64,000 bases of DNA from the IMG/VR virus record IMGVR_UViG_3300028591_000084; one strand, given 5' to 3'. The translations under genes were made by a program, and so were the position numbers. Positions 17,097 to 26,355 of this stretch are shown in pieces. The notes beneath the pieces are model-generated. The model saw only the letters and a list, made by a program, of their open reading frames with translations, was not told where the DNA came from and ran no database searches. The stretch is from a virus (Duplodnaviria; Caudoviricetes). Position 1 is the stretch's first letter. Every line of letters starts with the position of its first letter.

Positions 17097-18488
17097 TTAT
17101 TTGATTATTCTGATTATTTTGATAGAAGGCTTGTTGTTGAGAGTACAATCTTTGACTTCAAACCAGTTTCTAATATCAGAGCTTTGTGGATTTCTGATAT
17201 ATCCCATTTGTTTGTATATGGTTCTAAGTTTTTTCTCTAGATCTTTCTTAATTATTTTAGTTCCAGGCGAAAATAGTGGCCAAATTAAATGGCCCATCAT
17301 TTCTTTTATTCCTATACCATTAATCCATTCGATTCGATACACATTGTTTAACTTTCTATCTTTTGTTCTCACTATTTTTATATTATACTCTTCAAAATCC
17401 ACTAATTGATCTATTCCGGTATAGTAATTTAGGGATCTAAAGGCGTTATTAGCCCTGTCTATAAGATCTATCCTACTCATTGAATCTCCTGGTTTTAAGA
17501 ATTTTTTAAGTTTTTCTTCCAGGCATTTTCTTTGCTGTTCTTTTATGGTTCCAGGTATAGCCTCATCTCTTATACCCAGGATCTTTATACACAGTACCGG
17601 TCTTTTATTATTTAGTGTTTTTCTTTTTATTTTTTCCAAGATGAAGTATTTATCTAGCTCTCCTAATCTTGGTTTTTGTGGATAATCAACTTCTGAGTAG
17701 ATATTGGCTAAGATATTAAAAATTGTAGTTTGTGGAATACAGTCATTAATTTTCAATCTCAGAATTAGTTTCTCTCTTATTAAGTTGAAATCGTTAAATA
17801 CTTCTAGTCTATAGTTTTTATAGAGTATTCTAATATTATAATCTTTTTTTATAATTTCTTCTGTGTTATAATATTGGAGGACATCTTTATATCTTTTATC
17901 AGTTATATGTGTAATTAGATCTAGTATTTCCTTATCATCTTTATATTTCACTGCATATCTTAAGATCGTTGTGAAGTCATAGGATGAAATTTTACTTATT
18001 TTTTCATATACTTTTTTAATTTTCCCACCAGGTAACTTCCCTCCGTATTGGTCAAGGAAGTAGATTATATTATCAGCTTCATTAGGAAACAGAACTTTTA
18101 TTAATTTTTTATAATTTTCTTCTGTTTGCTGAATATTATAGTAGAGGATCCTTCCATATATCTCCTCTTCTGTCATTCTGTCCCTAAATGCGATCTTAAT
18201 AGCATTCATAATAGGCTCTGGATTATAGGACGTATCAGAAGTTTTAATATCAGGCAGATTACTACAATCTGTTTTTAGAAATTTTTCAACTTCATTCGGC
18301 CCTATAAATCCATCCCCTGTTCTGCTGAAGAGAATATTTATTTTATCGTAAGTGTCATCAGGCAAATCATATTCTTTCCAAATAATCTCTAGATTTGGAT
18401 TAAATTTTGTGATTAGTCTGAGTTCTCTTTCATCCTTAAGTTTTTCAAGCAAAAAACTTGAATCACTAAGTTTTCCAAGTACTATCAT
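17097..18488 (-). CDS. hypothetical protein with three C-terminal repeats related to the tail of 14830..16992
   Basis: FSPGTKIIKKDLEKKLRTIY...PQSSDIRNWFEVKDC aligns with FEIGKKYTKEGIKKTLGDIY...PKASDLLNYFELKDC. Confidence 0.75.
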   Translation of the reverse strand: MIVLGKLSDSSFLLEKLKDERELRLITKFNPNLEIIWKEYDLPDDTYDKINILFSRTGDGFIGPNEVEKFLKTDCSNLPDIKTSDTSYNPEPIMNAIKIAFRDRMTEEEIYGRILYYNIQQTEENYKKLIKVLFPNEADNIIYFLDQYGGKLPGGKIKKVYEKISKISSYDFTTILRYAVKYKDDKEILDLITHITDKRYKDVLQYYNTEEIIKKDYNIRILYKNYRLEVFNDFNLIREKLILRLKINDCIPQTTIFNILANIYSEVDYPQKPRLGELDKYFILEKIKRKTLNNKRPVLCIKILGIRDEAIPGTIKEQQRKCLEEKLKKFLKPGDSMSRIDLIDRANNAFRSLNYYTGIDQLVDFEEYNIKIVRTKDRKLNNVYRIEWINGIGIKEMMGHLIWPLFSPGTKIIKKDLEKKLRTIYKQMGYIRNPQSSDIRNWFEVKDCTLNNKPSIKIIRIIK

Positions 18489-18840
18489 TAATAAATTTGA
18501 TTACATCTTTCAGATTTAGGTTTCTAGTACCCATCTTTCTTAGAATGAGAGCTCCTATTGATTTATAAGCTTGCTCCAATCTAAAATCATCTCTAATATT
18601 AATAAAGTCCTTAAGTTCTTTCTTTACTTTCTTTATAATTTTTAAGTCAGAATCTTCAAGACTTTCAGTATTTGATAAAACTGTAAATCCACAATCTTCA
18701 CATTTAAATATTGCGGTTTTAAAGGGTCCGACATCTTCAATAAAATGTGGAATATCATTGGAGTCTCTTTCTATAATTTTTAAGATTCCAGTTTTTCCAC
18801 AAACAGGACATTTTATTATTTCAACTTCGTATTCTTTCAT
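18466..18840 (-). CDS. Zn-ribbon protein
   Basis: CPVCG...CEDCG. Confidence 0.65.
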   Translation of the reverse strand: MKEYEVEIIKCPVCGKTGILKIIERDSNDIPHFIEDVGPFKTAIFKCEDCGFTVLSNTESLEDSDLKIIKKVKKELKDFINIRDDFRLEQAYKSIGALILRKMGTRNLNLKDVIKFINDSTWKT

Positions 18841-19907
18841 TTGTTTTTAGCTATTATAGCATCAGGACTAAGAATAATTGTTTCTACTTCACCAATAAAT
18901 TCTTTTAGGGTTTTCTTTCCAGTATAAGACATAGCAGACTTAAGATAGTCAGTCATATTAGTAGTCCAACTTTCAAGAGTGTATTCAACATTAAGAAATA
19001 CTCTTATTCCTTCTGCAGTTTTTGTCTTAACTCCAAACAAAGCAGTTTGACCTTCTCTACTAGCCATTCCATAGAATGTTGCAGTAATATCACCCAAGAA
19101 TATCTTTTTATTATTAAAGGTGCCGTACCAAGCCTTCCCCTCTCTGTGAATATCTGTAAGGTCTGATAACTCAGTTTCTATTGGTAGAGAAAACCATTCA
19201 TCACTATTACACGTTTTTGGCGCAGCAGATTCAAGCGCCTTAGCAAACACACTGCCAATCATAACGTAATCAGCACCAAGGGCCAAGGCTTTAATAACAT
19301 CTGCATAACCTCTAACTCCTCCATCAGCAATAATCTTAGTATTACCTTTGATTGATTTCTTAATCTCGGCTGTCTCTTTAATTAGAGATCCCATAGCATA
19401 GTGAACTCCCAGATTACTACTACTAATACACCCTCTTCCTGAGCCTATTCCAAGTCGAATATAATCAACTCCGGCTTCATTAGCAATTCGATAGGTTTCA
19501 GGATTAGCAATATTACCAGCCATTATAATAAGTTCGGGACAAATTTCTTTTGCTTTTTTGATATAGTCGTATAGAATTTTCATATGTCCGTTAGCAATAT
19601 CAATCAGAACCTTACCCTTCCTCGGTTTAAAGTCTTTAAATTCCTCCAAAGATAAAGCAATCCAGGTTCCCTTATCGAACTGTCTCATTCTAAGTTCAAG
19701 TGCATAGGTTCTAGGAATGATTGGAATAATCCCAACTTTCTTATATTCCTCAATATTCTTCAAGCCAACAACAGTATCCATTGGGGCTGTAAAGATAGGT
19801 AAGGATCCTTCTTCAGTTAAGACACTACAATCACTTCTATGCTCTATCTCACTGATGATTGCAGGTACAATAGAGACATCATTGTATGAAAACTTAATAT
19901 TACCCAT
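18837..19907 (-). CDS. GMP reductase / IMP dehydrogenase family (no CBS domains)
   Basis: APMDTV, IDIANGH, catalytic GIGSGRGCISS, IIADGG, MIGS and FYGMAS. Start moved to ATG 19907 because TTG 19928 lies inside the promoter motif at 19926-19946. Confidence 0.88.
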   Translation of the reverse strand: MGNIKFSYNDVSIVPAIISEIEHRSDCSVLTEEGSLPIFTAPMDTVVGLKNIEEYKKVGIIPIIPRTYALELRMRQFDKGTWIALSLEEFKDFKPRKGKVLIDIANGHMKILYDYIKKAKEICPELIIMAGNIANPETYRIANEAGVDYIRLGIGSGRGCISSSNLGVHYAMGSLIKETAEIKKSIKGNTKIIADGGVRGYADVIKALALGADYVMIGSVFAKALESAAPKTCNSDEWFSLPIETELSDLTDIHREGKAWYGTFNNKKIFLGDITATFYGMASREGQTALFGVKTKTAEGIRVFLNVEYTLESWTTNMTDYLKSAMSYTGKKTLKEFIGEVETIILSPDAIIAKNK

Positions 19908-19984
19908 AAAATAGTAGTTTATATTCAACTTTAAGGGTAGGGAGGGAGGATAGAGGCATTTTTTATTGAAGTGGACTCTGTATT

Positions 19985-20502
19985 AAAAAAAAGAGAGAGA
20001 CTATCCATCACGAACAATCTCTCTTTAAAAAGGAAAACATTTAATAAGAGGTCCATAATTGATTTTTCTCTCGCATATAAGGTTTTGATGGGAAAATAAA
20101 AAAAGAGAGACCATTTATAATAAATAGCCTCCCTCTTGACAAAATCAGGACTTGGTTCTCAAGCCATAATTAAGGTATTGGGTTGAGTGTAAATAAAAAA
20201 AAGAGACTATTCATCACGAACAATCTCTTTGTGAAACCAATTAAATCTTTGCCAATCCAATGTAAAAGGTCAATTGACATTTAGTCATATATAAGGTTTT
20301 GATGGGAAAATAAAAAAGAGAGAGACTATCCATCTCGGACTATCTCTCTACAAAATAATAAATATGTCAATAAATCATATATAAGGTTTTGATGGGAAAA
20401 TAAAAAAGAGAGACTATCCATCTCGGACTATCTCTCTTAGCGAAAAAAAAATAAAATATGGAAAAAAATTATCTACAATTTCAATTTTAAGGTATTGAGG
20501 TG
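19985..20502 (-). repeat. five-unit array: promoter + variable segment + conserved hairpin/U-tract (candidate small-RNA array)
   Basis: Promoters at 20072-20092, 20165-20185, 20286-20306, 20376-20396 and 20482-20502. Hairpin AGAGAU(U/A)GU(U/C)C-G(U/A)GAU-G(G/A)AUAGUCUCU + U-tract in four units, divergent in unit 2. Confidence 0.8.
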
Positions 20503-20572
20503 ATATGAGGAGTAAAATTTACTTTCCTAAGACTCTTAATTCTTTATTACTAGATAAAATGCTTAAATTAAT

Positions 20573-22432
20573 ATGGTTAACGAAAGTAGTAATTATTTTG
20601 ACTTAGTATTAGCTATGTTTAACCAATACCTCTTTCAGGAGTGTAAGTCTAACATTGATGACATTATGTATGCTTATCAGGTTACTCCCTCGACAAGTGA
20701 TAATGCCTTCGTGGAACAATTGCTTAGTGCAATTAAGAATTACAGCCTAGATAGTATTGGTTATCCCTTGTTTCAGAGTATTTTTAGTAGGACCGGTAAG
20801 ACGCAGGCCGAATCAACTGAAATACTAAATAAGATTGTTGAATATAAAAAATACACTAAGGATCAGATTGCACCGTTCCGAACTTTGATTCGTGATATTG
20901 TAGCTCATTCTTATATTATTCGAGCTAATAATCTATATGGTGATAGTCCTAGTGAATTTATTAGTTATCTCAAGAATACTACATTTAAGTCGTCTGAAGA
21001 GGACTATTTTGTGACGACGAAATTTAAGGATCTTGATATTAACACTATAATAGCAGAAAGAGCTGACGGTGGCATCCCCAGTGCTTTTAACTGGATTAAT
21101 CAAACTTTTAGACCAGAATGTTGTTATCCTACCTCTGGTTTGATGTGTATTGCTATGCCACCAGGATGTATGTCGGGAGATACTGAGGTATTCCTAGCAG
21201 ACGGGACTGTAGATACTTTAGAGAATCTATATAAGAAGAAGGTTGAAGGTATTACAGTTTATTCTTGTGATGGAGAAACATCAAAAGTCTCCGTTGCTGA
21301 AAATTGTCAGATTTCTAAGTATGTGAGTGAGTGGTATGTTGTGGAGGTTGATGGTAAAAGAGAATATAGAGTAACTGAAAATCACCCACTATTATTAATG
21401 GGTGGGGAATGGAAAAGAGCTGATAAGTTAAAGATTGGTGATACTTTAATGTCATTCAATATTAAGTCAGCAGATAAAACAACTCACACAATCACTAATG
21501 TTTATCTTGAAAAATTAGATACTCCTCATCCAGTATATGATCTAGTAAATGTAGCTCTTTATCATAATTATGCAGTTAAGTTTGATGATGAGTCTGGATT
21601 CTTCAGTCATAATACAGGTAAGACTCTGTTTTGTATGCAGGAGTGTTTAAATATGTGTTTGATGGGTAAAAAGTGTCATTATCTCTGTATGGGTGATATG
21701 ACAGAAGAGGATTTTATTATTAGAATGTCGGCTCAGTATTTAGGGATCCCATTTTATGAGGTTAAACGTAATATCCTTCAGTGTTACAATGAGTTAGCGA
21801 AAGCGATAGGTGATAATTTGTCTATTTCCTGTATTCCTGCCTCAGCAATGACGGTAGATGACTATGTTGAAGAGATGAAGAATAAGCCTTATGATGTTTT
21901 GTTTATTGATTATGATAGTCAATTTAAATCAAATGTGGCTACAGAATCTATGTACTTAACTTATGGCGATATCTATGCCAAGCTATCAGAACTGACAGTT
22001 TCATATAAAAAGCTTGTTTTCATCCTAGCCCAACCAATGAAAGCTGCTTGGAGTTTACCCGTTATCGAGATGGATCAAGTTGGTGAATCTGCCCGAAAGA
22101 TTCATACCGTCGATTGGTGCTTAACTAGGGCTAGACTTCCAGAGAATCTCAATGGTTTAGGAACTAGTAAAATTGTTAAGTCTAGACGAGGTGAGGAACA
22201 AGTTATAGATTATAATATCCGTTTATCTAATGGCAGATTTAAGTCAGTTCCAAAGAGCGTGTTTGAGAAATTGGCTGAGATAAAGGATAAGCAAGAGTTT
22301 AAGGAGGCTGAGATTGATCATTTTATTGAGTCTTATTATAGAATCAATAAGGAAATTCAGTCAGATATTAAAAAGAAAACAACAGCACCAGGGTCAAGTT
22401 CTGGAAAGGATGCTTTGCCTTGGGAAAATTAA
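20573..22432 (+). CDS. DnaB-like replicative helicase with intein
   Basis: Walker A AMPPG|TGKT split by an intein, Walker B LFIDY, LAQ motif, VKSRRG arginine finger. Confidence 0.85.
   Translation: MVNESSNYFDLVLAMFNQYLFQECKSNIDDIMYAYQVTPSTSDNAFVEQLLSAIKNYSLDSIGYPLFQSIFSRTGKTQAESTEILNKIVEYKKYTKDQIAPFRTLIRDIVAHSYIIRANNLYGDSPSEFISYLKNTTFKSSEEDYFVTTKFKDLDINTIIAERADGGIPSAFNWINQTFRPECCYPTSGLMCIAMPPGCMSGDTEVFLADGTVDTLENLYKKKVEGITVYSCDGETSKVSVAENCQISKYVSEWYVVEVDGKREYRVTENHPLLLMGGEWKRADKLKIGDTLMSFNIKSADKTTHTITNVYLEKLDTPHPVYDLVNVALYHNYAVKFDDESGFFSHNTGKTLFCMQECLNMCLMGKKCHYLCMGDMTEEDFIIRMSAQYLGIPFYEVKRNILQCYNELAKAIGDNLSISCIPASAMTVDDYVEEMKNKPYDVLFIDYDSQFKSNVATESMYLTYGDIYAKLSELTVSYKKLVFILAQPMKAAWSLPVIEMDQVGESARKIHTVDWCLTRARLPENLNGLGTSKIVKSRRGEEQVIDYNIRLSNGRFKSVPKSVFEKLAEIKDKQEFKEAEIDHFIESYYRINKEIQSDIKKKTTAPGSSSGKDALPWEN
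21167..21613 (+). mobile_element. mini-intein (149 aa, no endonuclease) in the helicase P-loop
   Basis: Starts CMSGDT, block B VTENHP, block F VYDL, ends SHN followed by Thr. Confidence 0.9.
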
Positions 22433-22435
22433 AGT

Positions 22436-23251
22436 ATGAATAAGGAAATTAACTTAATAATAACTCTTGAAAAGATTAAATTGATCTCTGTTAATGCTCT
22501 TTATAATGCAGGGTTAACATATAAAGGGGTTAAACCAGTACCTTATATCTATAAAACCCCATTAGCTAAGAGGTTTGAAGCTATTATGGATGAGCAATTA
22601 AGGGCTATTAATTGGGAGGAGCATATTGGTTGGATTTCGGAAACAAAACAATTCACTATGACTCAGCAATATATCTTCAAGAGTGGTATAAAGCGCAGAG
22701 ACGTAGGAAATGTTGAGAAGCTAAGTACGGATTGTTTAGTTCGGTTTATAAGAAATGAGCTTGGGGTTTTAACTTTTGATGATGCCTTAATTTCAGATGC
22801 TCACCTTTATAAATCAATTATTCCAGGATCTCAAAATGAGTATCTCTGTATTAAGCTTACACCTTCTGATTTTAATATGAGATTTGATCAGATAGATAAG
22901 CCTGAGCAGATTCTAATTCATACTTCTGGCGATACTTCTTGGGAGAATAAAGATTTTAAGAAGGCATTTAAAGATTTAGGTCTTAAGTATCAATTATCAA
23001 CGACAGATAAGAAAATAAAAGATCATAATACTGATGTTTATTTTCTTAACTCTTCTAGTGAAAATTTTACTGAGGATCTTATTGACGTTATGGACTTTTT
23101 ATATTCCCATAAAGATTCTGGTTTCTGTTATGTTGGTATTTTTGGGGATCCTAAACCAGAAATAGTAAAGAAACTTAATGATTTAGGGGGTAGTAATATA
23201 AAAGCCGGCCCTATTAAAGATTATATTGATATTATAAACTTTTTCAAATAA
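22436..23251 (+). CDS. RusA-like Holliday junction resolvase with C-terminal extension
   Basis: SVNALY and RRDVGNVEKLSTD...DD resemble RusA motifs. Confidence 0.6.
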   Translation: MNKEINLIITLEKIKLISVNALYNAGLTYKGVKPVPYIYKTPLAKRFEAIMDEQLRAINWEEHIGWISETKQFTMTQQYIFKSGIKRRDVGNVEKLSTDCLVRFIRNELGVLTFDDALISDAHLYKSIIPGSQNEYLCIKLTPSDFNMRFDQIDKPEQILIHTSGDTSWENKDFKKAFKDLGLKYQLSTTDKKIKDHNTDVYFLNSSSENFTEDLIDVMDFLYSHKDSGFCYVGIFGDPKPEIVKKLNDLGGSNIKAGPIKDYIDIINFFK

Positions 23252-23640
23252 TGAATACTAATGAGTTTAGAGTAATTATTTCTGGTGCTAAGGAATTTGA
23301 TGATTATGAGTTATTGAAAGAGAAGTGTGACTATTACCTATCAAGAAAAGCTGCAGACCCAACCTGTAAGATTATTATAATGTGCGGTCATGAGCCTGGA
23401 GCTGAAGTTCTTGGTGAGCGGTATGCCTTAGAGAAAAAGTACGAATTAGACCTATTCATTCCTAATCGGGGAAAGAATGGTAAATCAGCAGTATTTATTC
23501 GAAATAAACAGATGGCAAAAGTTGCTAATTGTGCTATTATATTTAAGAGTGCTTACGGTAATAATTTCCCAGCTGAGGCTTTAGAGAAGTGTGTCAGATG
23601 GTTTCACTTATTAGTTAGAGTAGTTGAAGAAGAAGCATAA
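23251..23640 (+). CDS. SLOG-family (DUF2493/YspA-like) protein
   Basis: RVIISGAKEFDDY...GAEVLGERYA...GKSAVFIRNKQM. Confidence 0.7.
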   Translation: MNTNEFRVIISGAKEFDDYELLKEKCDYYLSRKAADPTCKIIIMCGHEPGAEVLGERYALEKKYELDLFIPNRGKNGKSAVFIRNKQMAKVANCAIIFKSAYGNNFPAEALEKCVRWFHLLVRVVEEEA

Positions 23641-23643
23641 TTT

Positions 23644-23922
23644 ATGGAGATAGGATATTTTAGAAAAGAAGTAGAGTCTGCTGTTAAGAGTTTAGGAATG
23701 AGAGATAATCTATTACTAGATATCTTAAAAAATTTGCTAATTAAGGCAGGAGGTGAAATTAGATTATCAGAAGAGGCTGGAGGCCCTTATGCCTTCACAT
23801 TAACTTATCTGGATGGTAATCTTATTTATAAAGCAGGAGGAACTGAAAGAATAGTTGATGAGGGTTATGCAAGACCTATCATCAGCATTATTGGAACTTT
23901 TAAAGATGATATAACAATATGA
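23644..23922 (+). CDS. hypothetical protein
   Basis: 92-aa ORF in the operon. Confidence 0.65.
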   Translation: MEIGYFRKEVESAVKSLGMRDNLLLDILKNLLIKAGGEIRLSEEAGGPYAFTLTYLDGNLIYKAGGTERIVDEGYARPIISIIGTFKDDITI

Positions 23923-24635
23923 TTAAGTGTTGTGCAATTAGTGATTTGCATGGGAGATTTCCAAGATTAAGTAAGGATCTTGATTATCTCTTTATTGCTG
24001 GTGATTTTATTGATATTAGTGTTCAGCATGATGACAAGGCCTCTCTAAACTGGGCTAAAAAGTATTTTATGCCTTGGCTCAATGGTTTAGGTGTGAGAAA
24101 GAGAATTATTCTAGTGGCGGGAAATCATGATTTTTATCCTTATCGTTGCTCAGCTGAATTTAGAAAAGAAGTTATTAGGCCGTATAATAAGCTTGTAACC
24201 TATTTGGACAATGAACAATATAAAGATGAGCATGTAAATGTTGTTGGCGTTCCTTGGTGTAAGCCTTTTTATAATTGGGCTTATATGAAACCACTTGAAA
24301 AGATCAAAGGGGATTTAGATGCTTTGTTTCCTGATAATATTTTTGAAGGAGATCAATATTCCATTCTCTTATCTCATGACGCCCCTTATGGTGTTAGTGA
24401 TGTTCTTGATCCTACTCAAGCCCATATTTCCTACGTACCAGGAACTCATATTGGAAATACAGTCCTTGCTGAATTTATTGAAAGAACAAAACCCAATTTG
24501 AATTTACATGGGCATCTTCACTCAACAAATCATGAGGCTGAATTTTTAGGTCAGACGGAGGTTAGGAATGTTAGTATCTTAGATGAAAAATATAAAGAGA
24601 CTTATCCATCACACTATTTTGAAGTAAATGGATAA
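23919..24635 (+). CDS. calcineurin-like metallophosphoesterase
   Basis: SDLHG, AGDF, GNHD and HGHLH motifs. Confidence 0.88.
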   Translation: MIKCCAISDLHGRFPRLSKDLDYLFIAGDFIDISVQHDDKASLNWAKKYFMPWLNGLGVRKRIILVAGNHDFYPYRCSAEFRKEVIRPYNKLVTYLDNEQYKDEHVNVVGVPWCKPFYNWAYMKPLEKIKGDLDALFPDNIFEGDQYSILLSHDAPYGVSDVLDPTQAHISYVPGTHIGNTVLAEFIERTKPNLNLHGHLHSTNHEAEFLGQTEVRNVSILDEKYKETYPSHYFEVNG

Positions 24636-25221
24636 AAATAGTGTTGTAGAGTTTAAGTGTCTTGGAGAATATAAGGATCTAGAAGAGATAATAAAATTAT
24701 CTCAAGGTAAACTAGTTCTTCCATCTCTCACGGAAGTCACGGCTCTTTTTTTGAATCATTTCTTTAGTGTATATGGTCCAGTTAATATAAAAGAAGATAG
24801 AGGTATTCCATTTATTGGTTTCAGTTATTCTGGTCAAAATGCTAGTAATATCCTTACAGATATAAAAATATTGTTTGATAATTATCTATCTAAAGTATTT
24901 TATATCTATACTGCAACTAGAGTTACGGATTTTCAAAAACATTATTTTGTGACTAATGACATCTTAGGGGACGCTTTTCCGAATCGTTATAGATTAATAG
25001 GATCTATCCCCGATTATGATGGAAGAACTGAGTGGCCAGATTTTAAATCTTGCTGGTCAGACATTTTAACGATACCTTTCATATCCTATACGTCTAATTG
25101 GTCTTTACTTAAAGATTACAATCTTGCTTTAAAATATGGTAAACAAGATTTAATTAATGATTTTTTTGATCAGATGTATATTGAGGCTAATATAATCTGT
25201 TACGATCTTAGGTGGGGATGA
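24628..25221 (+). CDS. hypothetical protein
   Basis: 197-aa ORF overlapping the upstream stop. Confidence 0.65.
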   Translation: MDKNSVVEFKCLGEYKDLEEIIKLSQGKLVLPSLTEVTALFLNHFFSVYGPVNIKEDRGIPFIGFSYSGQNASNILTDIKILFDNYLSKVFYIYTATRVTDFQKHYFVTNDILGDAFPNRYRLIGSIPDYDGRTEWPDFKSCWSDILTIPFISYTSNWSLLKDYNLALKYGKQDLINDFFDQMYIEANIICYDLRWG

Positions 25222-25229
25222 ATTCCCTG

Positions 25230-25250
25230 CCTTTCTTTTCCTTATTGTTG
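25230..25250 (+). promoter_or_regulatory. promoter motif CCTTTCTTTTCCTTATTGTTG, ATG follows after 4 nt
   Basis: Consensus match. Confidence 0.55.
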
Positions 25251-25254
25251 AGAT

Positions 25255-26355
25255 ATGAAAAGAATAAAATTTGATATTCGATTGAATATGCCTGAAACTA
25301 ACAGTAGTTCATCACATGCTGTTGTGATTGATAGGCTAAGTAATGAAGTGTCTGCCCCAGGATCCCCATACTGGGATTTACCTATTAGTGAAGATGGTTG
25401 TCTTCACGTACCCTCTTCAATTTCTAATTTTGGTCAGAGATTTGATATAATTAACAGTGTAAAAAGTAAAGTGCACTATGCAATGGGCCAAGCATTATCA
25501 CAAGACTATCAGACTGTATTTAACTGTCTGGATAAGATTAAAGTCTTGAAAGAGGTACTAATTGAGGTAAGTGGGGCTAAGGACGTTATTTTTGATGCTT
25601 TCCCAGAGTACTTTAATAAGCTAAAGGAGATTCATGATCTAAAAGATTGGGAAGAATTAGTTTATTACTATGATTATGATTGTATTTTTGGATTACCAAC
25701 AATAGATCATGACTCTAAGGACAAGTATCCAGAAATATTTAATTCCAAGGAAACTCTTAGACAGTTTTTGTTTAATCCAAGATCGATGGTATTTATTGGA
25801 GGAGACTGTGAGAAGGAGACCAGGGAGGATTATTATAAAGTCTTAGAGGGCTCTGGACTAATACCGCCTAATGAAAATCCAAAAGCTATACTTCAGATAA
25901 TGTTCCCAGAGCCAATAGGGAGAATAGATTTTGAGCTAGATCGATATCCCTTGGAAAGTACTACTACTGAGGTCAATAAGATATTAGGGTTATTGTACTA
26001 TGATATCCAAGAGAAGAGATTCGTTCAGGATTTTGAATGGGATACATTTAATGCAAATAGGTATGCTAAGTACGTAGATGATGTCTCTATTGATGTAAAA
26101 TATTTACCCAAACTTAAGGAACATTTTGGGAAATCATTTTTATTAGTAGATGGTTATACTTGGATAACAACAAGGCTAAATGATGATTTGCTGAAGCTTT
26201 ATTTAAATAGTATAACTAAAAATAGTGGTGATAATGATACAGGATATCTTAATTCTCTTATTCAACTTTTAGAAGAAAATAAGGAATCCTGGTATTGTCT
26301 GAAGAGTAAAATAATATCGGAGGAATTCGGCGAAATTAGCGGACAAGATGAGTAG
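25255..26355 (+). CDS. phage protein with ETNSSSSH motif
   Basis: RLNMPETNSSSSHAVVI N-terminus and a later IDH motif. Overlaps the radical SAM gene. Confidence 0.7.
   Translation: MKRIKFDIRLNMPETNSSSSHAVVIDRLSNEVSAPGSPYWDLPISEDGCLHVPSSISNFGQRFDIINSVKSKVHYAMGQALSQDYQTVFNCLDKIKVLKEVLIEVSGAKDVIFDAFPEYFNKLKEIHDLKDWEELVYYYDYDCIFGLPTIDHDSKDKYPEIFNSKETLRQFLFNPRSMVFIGGDCEKETREDYYKVLEGSGLIPPNENPKAILQIMFPEPIGRIDFELDRYPLESTTTEVNKILGLLYYDIQEKRFVQDFEWDTFNANRYAKYVDDVSIDVKYLPKLKEHFGKSFLLVDGYTWITTRLNDDLLKLYLNSITKNSGDNDTGYLNSLIQLLEENKESWYCLKSKIISEEFGEISGQDE

Noticed and set aside
19985-20502. CRISPR array interpretation of the repeat-spacer pattern
   Set aside because: Repeats are ~60 bp, degenerate, and composed of a promoter plus a terminator. 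Spacer lengths vary about two-fold, and there are no cas genes in the window.
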